Assembly (NCBI GenBank): GCA_963713975.1
Contig: OY970218.1
Span: forward strand, 384,001-448,000
Source: an uncultured Chloroflexia bacterium
GTDB lineage: Bacteria > Chloroflexota > Limnocylindria > Limnocylindrales > CSP1-4
DNA length: 64,000 nt
Reading direction: 5' to 3'
The translations under genes and the position numbers were made by a program. The notes below the pieces were generated by a model that did not search any database, was not told the origin of the DNA, and was given only the letters and a program-made list of their open reading frames with translations. Position 1 is the first letter of the stretch; each line of letters opens with the position of its first letter. Of the stretch, positions 29,481-38,999 are shown in pieces.

Positions 29481-30115
29481 GCCAGGAGCCCGCGTCCGAT
29501 CGCACCCGGGTCCGCAGGCTGCCGAAACGCGGCCAGTACGACCGCACGACCATCGACGCCATCCTGGACGAGGCGATGGTGGGGCACGTCGGGTGGGTGG
29601 CGGACGGGCAGCCCTACGCGACCCCGACCTCCGTGTGGCGCATGGGGGACCGGCTCTACTGGCACGGCTCGTCGGCCAGCCGGATGCTGCGCGCGACGGA
29701 CGGGCAGCCAGTGTGCGTCACCGTCACGCACCTCGACGGACTGGTCCTCGCGCGCTCCGGCTTCAACCACTCGGTCAACTACCGGTCCGTGATGGTGCTC
29801 GGCACGGCCCACCTCGTGACCGACGCGGCGGAGGTGGACGCGAGCCTCGAAGGGCTGATCGAGCACCTGTATCCCGGCCGCTGGCCGGAGCTCAGGCCGA
29901 TGACGGCCCAGGAGCGCAAGGCGACGTCCGTCCTGTGGATGGATCTCGAGGAGGCCTCCGCGAAGATCCGTGCCGACGCGAACCATGACGACGAGGGTGA
30001 CGAGACCTGGCCGACCTGGGGCGGCGTGGTGCCCGTGCGCATGGTCCGGGACGAGCCGCAGCCCGACGAGCACGTAGCGAGCGGGATGGCAGCGCCGGCG
30101 GTGCGCCTGCCGTAG
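29477..30115 (+). CDS. Pyridoxamine 5'-phosphate oxidase-like flavin-binding protein (NimA-like)
   Basis: RVRRLPKRGQYD..ILD, LYWHGSSASRML, DGLVLARSGFNHSVNYRSV, SAKIR. Confidence 0.9.
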   Translation: MSQEPASDRTRVRRLPKRGQYDRTTIDAILDEAMVGHVGWVADGQPYATPTSVWRMGDRLYWHGSSASRMLRATDGQPVCVTVTHLDGLVLARSGFNHSVNYRSVMVLGTAHLVTDAAEVDASLEGLIEHLYPGRWPELRPMTAQERKATSVLWMDLEEASAKIRADANHDDEGDETWPTWGGVVPVRMVRDEPQPDEHVASGMAAPAVRLP

Positions 30116-30184
30116 ACGGGCGTCGGGGCCCCGACGTCACCGACCGAGCGGTCAGCGCCGTCCATCAGTCGCCGTTGCCGTCCA

Positions 30185-31192
30185 TCAGCCGCGCTCGATG
30201 ATCTCCGGCCCGGCGTTCCGCGGCGCGACGATCAGCGTCCGACCCTCCAGCCCTGCGTCCGCGGCCGCCCCCGCAAGCGCCGCCTCGACGGGATCGGGAT
30301 CCGCGCCGGGTGCGACGAACGCGAGGACCGTTGACCCGGCGCCGGAGAGGAATGCCCCAAGGGCCCCGGCGGCCCGCGCCGCCCCGGTGAGCCGCGGCAG
30401 CTGGGGGTAGGCAACGGAGCGGTACGGCTCGTGGATCCGGTCCACGGTGAGGTCCGCCAGGAGCTCGAACCGTCCCGACGCGATCCCGGCGACGCCGATC
30501 GCGATCCGGCTCATGTTGCTGACGGCGTCGCGCAGCGGGACCTCCGCCGGCAGGACCCGGCGCATGTCCGCCGTCGACAGGCGCCGTTCCGGGATGAAGA
30601 GCACGGTCCGCAGGCCGTCCGGCGCGTCGAACCGCACCGCCTCGACGCGATCGCCCAGGTGCGCCGACACGACGAAGCCGCCCAGCAGGGCGGCGGCCGC
30701 GTTGTCGGGGTGGCCTTCGATGGACGTGGCCAGCCGCAGGCGCTGCGCAACCGTCAGTCGCTCCCCGCCCAGCACGTGACCGGCGACCACGCCACCAACG
30801 GTGGCCGCCGCGGACGAGCCCATCCCGCGAGCGAGCGGGATCCGGTTGTGCATCACGATCCGCCAGCCGGCCGATGCCGGCCGCGGCCCGATCACGGCCT
30901 CGAGCGCCGCCTCGAGCCCGGCCACGAACCGGTTCGAGCGCACCGGGGGCAGCTCGCCCTCGCCCTCGCCGGTGACCTCCAGCTCGACCGATCCGTCGCC
31001 GTCGACGGCCTCCACCGAGACGCGGTTGCAGACGTCGAGCGCGAGACCCAGGCAGTCATAGCCCGCGCCGAGGTTGGCGGTGGACGCCGGGATGTCGATC
31101 ACGAGCCGGCGTCCCGCGAGGGCGGCCCAAGCCGCCTCGTCGGCGGGTGCCGGCGGCAGCGGCGGCAGCGGCGGCGGCGTCCCCTTGCTCAC
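30185..31192 (-). CDS. thrB: Homoserine kinase
   Basis: PASTANLGAGYDCLG, IPLARGMGSSAAA, EGHPDN, HEPYR, LSGAGST. Confidence 0.95.
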   Translation of the reverse strand: MSKGTPPPLPPLPPAPADEAAWAALAGRRLVIDIPASTANLGAGYDCLGLALDVCNRVSVEAVDGDGSVELEVTGEGEGELPPVRSNRFVAGLEAALEAVIGPRPASAGWRIVMHNRIPLARGMGSSAAATVGGVVAGHVLGGERLTVAQRLRLATSIEGHPDNAAAALLGGFVVSAHLGDRVEAVRFDAPDGLRTVLFIPERRLSTADMRRVLPAEVPLRDAVSNMSRIAIGVAGIASGRFELLADLTVDRIHEPYRSVAYPQLPRLTGAARAAGALGAFLSGAGSTVLAFVAPGADPDPVEAALAGAAADAGLEGRTLIVAPRNAGPEIIERG

Positions 31193-31196
31193 CGGG

Positions 31197-32276
31197 CTAC
31201 CACCAGCCGAGCGCACGACTGACCCCGGCGATGGTCGGCTCCGCCTCGATCACGTTCACGGCGAGGCCGGACTCCGCCGTGTGGGGGTCCTTGAGCCCGT
31301 TGCCGGTCAGGACGCAGACCACCAGCGCATCGCTGTCCACCTCGCCCGCCGCAGCCGCCGCGGCCACGCCGGCCACCGACGCGGCTGACGACGGCTCGCA
31401 GAACACCCCCTCGAGGCGCGTCAGCTCGCGGTAGGCGTGGAGGATCTGCTCGTCCGAAACGGCGGAGATGCGACCGGCGGAGTCGTCGCGCGCGGCGACG
31501 GCCAGGTCCCACGACGCCGGGTTCCCGATGCGGATGGCGGTCGCGATCGTCTCCGGGTCGTCGATGGGGTGGCCGGCCACGAGCGGCGCCGCTCCGGCGG
31601 CCTGGAAGCCCCACATCCGCGGCACGGACGTCACCCGCCCGGCATCGCGGTACTCGCGGAACCCGCGCCAGTACGCACTGATGTTGCCGGCGTTGCCCAC
31701 CGGGATGGCCAGGATGTCCGGCGAGCGGCCCAGGTCGTCGCAGACTTCGAACGCGGCCGTCTTCTGACCCTCCAGCCGGAACGGATTGACGGAGTTGACA
31801 AGCGTGATCGGGTGCTCGTCCTGTTCGGAGAGCGCACGCACGACCCGCAGCGCCTCGTCGAAGTTCCCCGTGACGGAGACCACGCGGGCCCCGAACACCA
31901 GGGCCTGCAGGAGCTTGCCCAGCGCGATCTTGCCCGCGGGCAGGACGACGACGCACTCGAGCCCCGCGGCGGCGGCGTAGGCGGCTGCCGATGCCGAGGT
32001 GTTGCCGGTCGACGCACAGATCACGCTTCGGGCCCCCTCCTCCAGCGCCTTGGCAACCGCCATCACCATGCCCCGGTCCTTGAACGACCCGGTCGGGTTC
32101 TGGCCCTCGATCTTGAGGTGGAGGTTGGGCACGCCGATCGCGGCACCCAGGCGGCGCGCGGGGACGAGCGGCGTGGCGCCCTCGCCCAAGGACACGACCG
32201 GCGTGGCGTCGGTCACCGGCAGGAACTCGCGATAGCGCTCGACCAGGCGCGGGCGGGGCGGCAGCGTACGGGTCAC
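31197..32276 (-). CDS. thrC: Threonine synthase
   Basis: [10 protein letters not shown] (PLP Lys), [37 protein letters not shown]. Confidence 0.95.
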   Translation of the reverse strand: MTRTLPPRPRLVERYREFLPVTDATPVVSLGEGATPLVPARRLGAAIGVPNLHLKIEGQNPTGSFKDRGMVMAVAKALEEGARSVICASTGNTSASAAAYAAAAGLECVVVLPAGKIALGKLLQALVFGARVVSVTGNFDEALRVVRALSEQDEHPITLVNSVNPFRLEGQKTAAFEVCDDLGRSPDILAIPVGNAGNISAYWRGFREYRDAGRVTSVPRMWGFQAAGAAPLVAGHPIDDPETIATAIRIGNPASWDLAVAARDDSAGRISAVSDEQILHAYRELTRLEGVFCEPSSAASVAGVAAAAAAGEVDSDALVVCVLTGNGLKDPHTAESGLAVNVIEAEPTIAGVSRALGWW

Positions 32277-32281
32277 GAGGC

Positions 32282-33403
32282 TCAGTCCCCGAAGGGGTAG
32301 CAGGCGCCGGACGGAGCGGTCACGCATTCCGCGGCGACCGGCCGGACCTCCAGGCCCGATAGTTCGACGGCGGGAGCGAGGCCGGCCCAGGTGGAGCCCA
32401 CGCCGCGTGCGATGGCGACGAGATCGCCGAGTACCGCGGACGCCGCGGCAGCACCGCCGGCTCCGGGGCCCTCGAAGGCGATCCGGCCGACGGGAAGGGC
32501 ATCGACCTCGACCCGGTTGAGCACGCCGTCGCAGCGCCCGAACGGCGATTCGGCCGGCACGGCCGTGGGCACGACCGACACCTCGATCGCGCCGTCCTCG
32601 GTCACGCGGGAGGTGGCGACGAGGCGGAGCGTCCGGCCACCGTCCGCCAGCGCGGCAACGTCGTCCGCAGTCACGCCGGTGATGCCGGGGAGTCCCGCAG
32701 CTCCGGTCGTGGTCCCCGGGCGGTTGCCGATGGCATCGACGCCGATCCAGTGCCCGAACGCGAGCCGGGTCAGGATCACGATCTTGTTGACCGCGTCCAT
32801 GCCCTCCACGTCAGCCGTCGGATCCGCTTCCGCGTAGCCGCGTGCCTGCGCGTCCGCGAGCGCGTCCGCGTACGCGCGACCGTCGCGCGCCATCGCCGTC
32901 AGCATGTAGTTGGTGGTGCCGTTGACGATGCCGCGCACCCGGACAACGCGATTCGGGGCGAGGTCCAGCGCGATGGGGCCCAGAAGGGGGATGCCTCCGC
33001 CCACGGCCGCCTCGAACCGGAGCATGGAGCCGGACTCGCGCGCCAGCCGCTCCAGCTCCGGCCCGTGGTGCGCGATCACGTGCTTGTTCGCGGTCACGAC
33101 GCTCTTGCCCGCCGCCAGCGCCGCGGCGATGAGGGTGCGGGCCGGCTCGGCGCCGCCCATGGTCTCCACGACGACATCGACCTCGTCGCTGGCGACCAGG
33201 TGCGCGGGCGCGTCGGTGAGCAGGGTCTCGGGGATCCCGGACGCGATCGCGCGGTCCGTGAACTTCTCCGCCACCGCGGTCAGGACGAGGGGTGCACCAT
33301 CGGCAGGCAGGAGACGCGGCGACCGGTCGAGGAAGGCGCGCACGACCTCGCGGCCGACGGTTCCGGCGCCGATGACGCCGACGCGCAGGGGCTGAACGCT
33401 CAC
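32282..33403 (-). CDS. hom: Homoserine dehydrogenase without C-terminal ACT domain
   Basis: [50 protein letters not shown]. Confidence 0.93.
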   Translation of the reverse strand: MSVQPLRVGVIGAGTVGREVVRAFLDRSPRLLPADGAPLVLTAVAEKFTDRAIASGIPETLLTDAPAHLVASDEVDVVVETMGGAEPARTLIAAALAAGKSVVTANKHVIAHHGPELERLARESGSMLRFEAAVGGGIPLLGPIALDLAPNRVVRVRGIVNGTTNYMLTAMARDGRAYADALADAQARGYAEADPTADVEGMDAVNKIVILTRLAFGHWIGVDAIGNRPGTTTGAAGLPGITGVTADDVAALADGGRTLRLVATSRVTEDGAIEVSVVPTAVPAESPFGRCDGVLNRVEVDALPVGRIAFEGPGAGGAAAASAVLGDLVAIARGVGSTWAGLAPAVELSGLEVRPVAAECVTAPSGACYPFGD

Positions 33404-33514
33404 GGTGGGGATCTCGCAGCTTGGGGTTGAGTGTGGGCGCGATGGTATCGAACACGGGCCTGCGACGGGCCGGGGGCCGCATCGGGCGGGTCCGGTCCCG
33501 TACACTCCGCGGCG

Positions 33515-34534
33515 ATGACAGTCGAGATCCTTCCGACCCCGGCGCCCGCCGCAGCCGCTGCCCCCCGGCCGCGGATCTTCTCGGGCATCCAGCCTTCCGG
33601 GACCGTCCACCTGGGCAACGACCTGGGGGCCGTCCGGAACTACGTGATGCTGCAGTACGAGTACGAGGCGATCTACTGCATCGTCGACTACCACGCCCTG
33701 ACCAGCACCCACGACGCGGATGTCCTCCGGCGCCGCACGCGGGAGATGGCCGCGGGGCTGCTGGCACTGGGCCTGGACCCGGAGCGCTGCACGCTGTTCG
33801 TCCAGAGCCACCGGCCGGAGCACGCGGAGCTGATGTGGCTGCTGGCCACCGTCACGCCCGTGAGCTGGCTGGAGCGCACGCCGACGTACAAGGACAAGGT
33901 CGCCAACCAGCCGGACGACGTGAACCACGGGCTGCTCACCTACCCCGTCCTCCAGGCGGCCGACATCGTCATCTACAAGGCGTCGCTGGTCCCGGTCGGG
34001 AAGGACCAGGCCGCGCATCTCGAGCTATCGCGCGAGATCGTGCGGGCCTTCAACTACCGCTACGGGGAGACGTTCCCGGAGCCGCAGGCGGTGTACACGA
34101 GCGCGCCGGTCGTCCTGGGCACCGATGGCGTCAAGAAGATGTCGAAGTCGGTCGGCAACACGATCGACATCCTCGGCGACCCGGACGAGATCCGGCGCCA
34201 GGTCATGAGCATGGTCACCGACACGAAGCGGGGCCTGCGCTCGGAGCCGGGCCGGCCCGAGGTTTGCAACGTGTGCCAGCTCCACCGGTTCTTCGGTGAC
34301 GACTACGAGGAAATCTGGGACGGCGAGCGGACCGCCCGGACGGGGTGCGTCGACACCAAGAAGCTGCTCGTGGAACGGATCACCTCGCACTACGCGGCGG
34401 CCCGGGAGCGCTACGCGGAGCTGATGGCCGACCCGGCCGAGGTGGACGGGATCCTGGAGGCCGGCGCCGACCGGCTCAAGCCGATGGCCGCGGCCACGCT
34501 GGCCGAGGTCAAGGAGAAGATGGGCCTGCGCTAG
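33515..34534 (+). CDS. trpS: Tryptophan--tRNA ligase
   Basis: FSGIQPSG..HLGN, YPVLQAADI, VPVGKDQ, KMSKS. Confidence 0.96.
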   Translation: MTVEILPTPAPAAAAAPRPRIFSGIQPSGTVHLGNDLGAVRNYVMLQYEYEAIYCIVDYHALTSTHDADVLRRRTREMAAGLLALGLDPERCTLFVQSHRPEHAELMWLLATVTPVSWLERTPTYKDKVANQPDDVNHGLLTYPVLQAADIVIYKASLVPVGKDQAAHLELSREIVRAFNYRYGETFPEPQAVYTSAPVVLGTDGVKKMSKSVGNTIDILGDPDEIRRQVMSMVTDTKRGLRSEPGRPEVCNVCQLHRFFGDDYEEIWDGERTARTGCVDTKKLLVERITSHYAAARERYAELMADPAEVDGILEAGADRLKPMAAATLAEVKEKMGLR

Positions 34535-34576
34535 ACACCCCGCCGCATGGACCGCCGCGGCCCTAGACTGCACCGC

Positions 34577-35839
34577 ATGCCGATGGATCCTCTCACCGCG
34601 CGTCAACGTCGCCTGGTCGACGCCGTCCTCGTCCTTGCGGTCATCGCCCTCGGATTCATCGTCATCAACGACTTCGCGACGGTCTTCTACGCGTTCTTCG
34701 ACGTCCTGCTGCTGTTCTTCCTGGCCTGGCTGCTCTCGTTTGCGCTGCTGCCGCTGATCAAGGTGGTGGCCCGGGTCCCCAAGGTCCCCCAGGCGGGCGC
34801 CGTGATCATCGTCTACCTCTCGATCGTGGGCGTGCTGCTGGGCCTCCTGGTCCAGGCGTCGGCGACTCTGGCCTCCTCGATCAGCGAGTTCATCCGGGAG
34901 TCCGCGAGCTTCGAGGCCCAGCTGACTAGCCTGCTGGCAGACCTCCAGTCCCGCCTGTCGGCGCTCGGGCTCGGCGTCGACCTGGTCAGCCAGGCGCCGG
35001 TCATCGTCACCAACCTCCAGCAATGGGCGGTGGAGCTCGTAGGGCCGCTCCAGTCGGTGGCCGTGGCCAGCATCGGCATCTTCGGCAACATCCTGATCAC
35101 CGTCATCCTGTCGATCTACATCGCGCTCGATCGTGAAGGCATCCTCGCCTTCGTCTACCGCCTCGTGCCGCCCTCGCTCGTGCCGCAGGCGCGGATCCTC
35201 CAGGCCAGCGTGTCCAGGTCGTTCGGCGGGTTCCTGCGCGGCCAGCTGATCCTGGGCCTGGTCTTCGGCGTATTCACGGCGGCCGTCAACATCATCTTCG
35301 GGCTGCAGTACGCGGCCCTCACGACGGTGGCGGCCGGCCTGCTCCAGATGATCCCGTTCTTCGGGCCCTTCGTGTCCTGGCTGCCACCCGTCCTGGTCGT
35401 CCTGATCATGCCCGACGGCCCGGTGCTGCCGGTCATGATCCTGATGGGCGTCGCCTGGTTCGTGGTGATGAACGTCCTCCAGCCGCGGCTCATGTCCGGC
35501 TCGGTGGGGATCCACCCGATCATCGTGCTGGGGTCGGTCATCGTCGGCGCGAAGATCGCCGGAATCCCGGGCGCGATCTTCGGCATCCCGATCGCCGCCG
35601 TCCTGTCGGCCCTGTTCTTCCACTGGGTCGCGCGATCGAGGGAAGGCGGCACCGTGGCGGACCGGGCCACGCAGCGTCTCGCCGCCCGAGAGGGGCGCGA
35701 GGTGCGACGCCCCCGCGAGCCCGTGCCGGGGGTCGACGCGGACGTCGACGAGGTCGTCCTGGGGCGGGTCTCCCAGGCCCATCCGCTCGAGGCCGACGAG
35801 GCGGAGCCGCTCGAGGCCGACGACGAGACCGGGTCATGA
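34577..35839 (+). CDS. AI-2E family transporter
   Basis: Multiple TM segments; GFLRGQ, IPFFGP, LQPRLMS..VGIHP, GAIFGIP. Confidence 0.9.
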   Translation: MPMDPLTARQRRLVDAVLVLAVIALGFIVINDFATVFYAFFDVLLLFFLAWLLSFALLPLIKVVARVPKVPQAGAVIIVYLSIVGVLLGLLVQASATLASSISEFIRESASFEAQLTSLLADLQSRLSALGLGVDLVSQAPVIVTNLQQWAVELVGPLQSVAVASIGIFGNILITVILSIYIALDREGILAFVYRLVPPSLVPQARILQASVSRSFGGFLRGQLILGLVFGVFTAAVNIIFGLQYAALTTVAAGLLQMIPFFGPFVSWLPPVLVVLIMPDGPVLPVMILMGVAWFVVMNVLQPRLMSGSVGIHPIIVLGSVIVGAKIAGIPGAIFGIPIAAVLSALFFHWVARSREGGTVADRATQRLAAREGREVRRPREPVPGVDADVDEVVLGRVSQAHPLEADEAEPLEADDETGS

Positions 35840-36897
35840 GCGACGAGCCGGAGGACGTCGGCACGGAACGCGGTGGTCCGGACGGGGATCCAGCGGCCGG
35901 TGGCCAGGCACCCGACATGACGCGCGAGCGGGCCCGTGCGGAGCGACGGGACCTGGACAAGGAGCGCGGCGAGCCGGTCGCGGGGTCGCGCGGCAAGCCC
36001 CGTTCGCTCAAGCGCGTGGGGCGCGCTCTCGGCGACTGGACCACGCGGCCGCGGATCCTCGTCACCAACGACGATGGGATCGAGTCCAGGGGCCTCCTGG
36101 CCCTCAAGCTGGCGCTGGATCCCATCGGGGACGTCACCGTGGTCGCGCCGGACATGAACCAGTCGGCCGTGGGCCACCAGAAGACGCTGATGCGTCCACT
36201 GCGCGTCCGGGAGCGCACGCTGGCGGATGGCTCGACCGGGTACTCCATCGACGGCTCCCCCACCGACTGCGTCTCCCTCGCCTTCCTCGGGTTCTTCGAG
36301 GAGCGCTTCGACCTCGTTGCGTCGGGCATCAACTACGGCGCCAACCTGGGCGACGACATCACCTACTCCGGCACGGTGTCGGCGGCGATGGAGGCGGTCA
36401 TCAACAGCTGCCCGGCCTTCGCCATCAGCCAGGAGTACGAGGAGCACATCGACTTCGCGCTCGCCGCCAGGGCCGCCGCCATCACGGCGCGCAACATCCT
36501 GGAGCACGGCCTCAAGCGGGGCGAGCTGCTGTCGGTCAATGTGCCGGCGGTGTCCGTCGAGGCCTGTGAGGGGTTCGAGGTCACGCGCGTCGGCCGCCGC
36601 GTGTACCAGGACGAGCTGATCCGGCGCGTCGACCCGCGGGGGCTCCCCTACTACTGGATCGGCGGGCCGCCGCCGTCCGGCATCAGCGTGCCCGGGACGG
36701 ACTTCAACGCGGTGGTCAACCGGCGCGTCTCCGTGACGCCGATCCACCTGGACCTCACGGGCCGACGGCTGCTTCGGCAGCTGCAGGGCTGGGACTGGGC
36801 GCTCGAGAGCTCCGCGGCCGGCGAGGACGATGTGCCGGTGACGAGCCCCGTGGAGCAGGACCGGATCGCCGAAGAGGTCCAGATCGAGCGCCGCTAG
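35836..36897 (+). CDS. surE: 5'/3'-nucleotidase SurE with N-terminal extension
   Basis: ILVTNDDGI, GSPTDCV, SGINYGANLG, YSGTVSAA, VSVTPI. Confidence 0.94.
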   Translation: MSDEPEDVGTERGGPDGDPAAGGQAPDMTRERARAERRDLDKERGEPVAGSRGKPRSLKRVGRALGDWTTRPRILVTNDDGIESRGLLALKLALDPIGDVTVVAPDMNQSAVGHQKTLMRPLRVRERTLADGSTGYSIDGSPTDCVSLAFLGFFEERFDLVASGINYGANLGDDITYSGTVSAAMEAVINSCPAFAISQEYEEHIDFALAARAAAITARNILEHGLKRGELLSVNVPAVSVEACEGFEVTRVGRRVYQDELIRRVDPRGLPYYWIGGPPPSGISVPGTDFNAVVNRRVSVTPIHLDLTGRRLLRQLQGWDWALESSAAGEDDVPVTSPVEQDRIAEEVQIERR

Positions 36898-37192
36898 CCG
36901 AGTCAGCCTCGGCCGCGTCGCTCACCACCATCACGGCGACGACGAACGCGTACGGCTGCCACACCCCGCCGCACGGTCTCGGGGCTGATGTGCTCCCAGC
37001 GCTCGTCCACGGGCCGGCCCGCCCGGCCGCTCGCGTGGTCGGCGCCCGTTCGCTCGTTGATGGCGAGCAGCGACCGTCCATGCGCCGCCGATTGACCCGG
37101 TCCACTCGCCAATGGCGAGCGAGGCGTCGTTCATGGACCGCGAACAGGCCGCCCAGCGAGCGCCGGGGAGCGCGGCGGCCCGCGCTATCGCC

Positions 37193-37352
37193 CTACGGCG
37201 GCCCCCAGGTGAACGCGAGGTGGTCCCAGACGAGCAGCGCGTCCCAGCCCGCAGACGTGGCGGACCGCGCAAGGTCGCCACGAGCCGGGCGTCCGCGAAG
37301 CCGCCGAGGTTCATAGGGACAACCCGGAGCGCGTCGGCGCCTCCTTGCGCAT
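37193..37352 (-). pseudogene. Remnant of an LLM-class (luciferase-like) flavin-dependent oxidoreductase
   Basis: N-terminal LLM pattern split over three frames: MRKEAPTRSGLSL / NLGGFADARLV / DLARSATSAGWDALLVWDHLAFTWGPP*. Confidence 0.65.
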
Positions 37353-37383
37353 GGGCGGGCCCGAGCCCGTAAGTCCTTCCGGC

Positions 37384-38997
37384 TCAGCGCCGGCGCTTCT
37401 TCCGGTCGGCGATCACCTCGCGAGCCGCGTTGCGGCCGGGCGTGGCGGTGACGCCGCCACCCGGGTGCGCGCCGGAGCCCGCGAGGTACAGCCCGTCGAC
37501 CGGCATCCGGTAGCGCGCCCAGCCGAGCAGCGGCCGCCACAGGAAGAACGAGTCGAGGGCCGGCTCGGCATGGAGGGGATGACCACCGGTGAGCCCGTAC
37601 TCGTGCTCGAGGTCCGCGGGTGTGAGCACCTGGCGGGCGGTGACGCGGGAGCCCAGTCCCGGGGCCACCGTCTCCAGCGTCCGGATCGCCAGGTCGCCCA
37701 CCTCGTCGCGTCGGCCGGCCCATGCGTCGGGCGTCAGGCCCGGCGGCATCCACTGCATGAGCACGCTCATGACGTGCGTGCCGTCGGGGGCATCGGCGAC
37801 GAGCGACGGGTCGACGAGGGACGGGATCGTGGCCTCGAGCACCGGCGACGCCGGCAGCAGGCCGTACTTGGAGGCGTCGAACGCCCGCTCCATGTCGTCG
37901 ATGGCGGTCGTGCCCACCTGGATCCGGCCACGCAGCTTCCTGGCGTCGCCGGCGGCGGCCGGGAACTCCGGCAGCCCATCAAGGACCAGGTTGACCTTGG
38001 CGACCGTCCCCGGCGTCCGGATGTTGCCGGCCCGCCAGCGCATCGACGGCCCGACCGTCACCGGATCGACCAGCGACGTCAGCAGCTGCTTGGGATCGAG
38101 GCCCGAGACCACGGCCGGGGCCACGATCTCCTCGCCCGATGCCAGCGCCACGCCGGTGACCGCGCCATCCCGCGTGGTGACGGCGACGACCTTGACCCCG
38201 GTGCGGATCTCCGCGCCGGCGGCGCGGGCAGCGGATGCCAGGGCGTTGGACACGGCGGACGGGCCGCCCTTCGCGTAGACCGTCTCGCCGGCCGCCCCGC
38301 CGTCGTTGCCCGCGGCGTCGGCCAGCAGCACGGCGGTCGTGCCCGCGGACCACGGGCCCATGGCGGTGTAGCGGACGCCCCGCCAAGCGGTGGTTGCCCG
38401 GATTGACTCCGAGCTGAACGACTCCGCCACGAAGTCCGCGGCCGCCATCGCCAGCACGCGCAGGATCGTGCGCCCGTCGTGCCTGCCCAGGCCGCGGAAC
38501 GCGCGACCGAGCCGCAGGCCCAGCAGCGCATCGCCAAAGCCGGGTCCCTTGATGTCGGGCGGGGCCTCGTCGCCGAGGTCTGCGAGGAAGGTCGAGAGCG
38601 AGCGGACGCGCCGGTCGTACTCGACGAACGAGGTGGCGTCGTCGTCCGAGAAGGCGCGCAGCGCCTCGACGCTCTTGGCCAGGTCCGCGTACAGCGTCAC
38701 GGCTCGACCGTCGGCCTGGGGCGCGAAGACGCGGACCTCCGGCGCGACCAGCGCCAGGCCGTGCTGCGCGAGCTCCAGCTCGCGGGCGACCGATGGCCGC
38801 AGGCGGCCGACGGTGTGGGCGAGCGTCGGGACACGGGCACCGCCCAGGTCCTCGGTGACGGCCGCGCCGCCGACGATGCCGCGGGCCTCGAGCACGAGGA
38901 CGCGCAGGCCGGCCCTCGCCATGTAGGCCGCCGAGGTGAGGCCGTTGTGGCCCGCCCCGACGACGATCGCGTCGTAGGTGTTCATCACGTGGGCCAT
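37384..38997 (-). CDS. Phytoene-desaturase-like (PYROXD2-type) FAD/NAD(P) oxidoreductase, copy B
   Basis: IVVGAGHNGL, GGAAVTE, AKGG, LTPADLE..GLTGG, LYLAGSGAHPGGG. Confidence 0.85.
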   Translation of the reverse strand: MAHVMNTYDAIVVGAGHNGLTSAAYMARAGLRVLVLEARGIVGGAAVTEDLGGARVPTLAHTVGRLRPSVARELELAQHGLALVAPEVRVFAPQADGRAVTLYADLAKSVEALRAFSDDDATSFVEYDRRVRSLSTFLADLGDEAPPDIKGPGFGDALLGLRLGRAFRGLGRHDGRTILRVLAMAAADFVAESFSSESIRATTAWRGVRYTAMGPWSAGTTAVLLADAAGNDGGAAGETVYAKGGPSAVSNALASAARAAGAEIRTGVKVVAVTTRDGAVTGVALASGEEIVAPAVVSGLDPKQLLTSLVDPVTVGPSMRWRAGNIRTPGTVAKVNLVLDGLPEFPAAAGDARKLRGRIQVGTTAIDDMERAFDASKYGLLPASPVLEATIPSLVDPSLVADAPDGTHVMSVLMQWMPPGLTPDAWAGRRDEVGDLAIRTLETVAPGLGSRVTARQVLTPADLEHEYGLTGGHPLHAEPALDSFFLWRPLLGWARYRMPVDGLYLAGSGAHPGGGVTATPGRNAAREVIADRKKRRR

Positions 38998-38999
38998 GG

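Noticed and set aside
30121-30136. Perfect 16-bp palindrome CGTCGGGGCCCCGACG between convergent genes
   Set aside because: Single copy with no U-tract; at most a weak terminator hairpin, not a repeat family.
31150-31180. GGC-rich tandem repeat
   Set aside because: Encodes the Pro-rich N-terminus of ThrB (PPPLPPLPP); not a separate element.
35783-35823. 17-bp direct repeat CCGCTCGAGGCCGACGA
   Set aside because: In-frame micro-duplication (PLEAD twice) in a disordered C-terminal tail.
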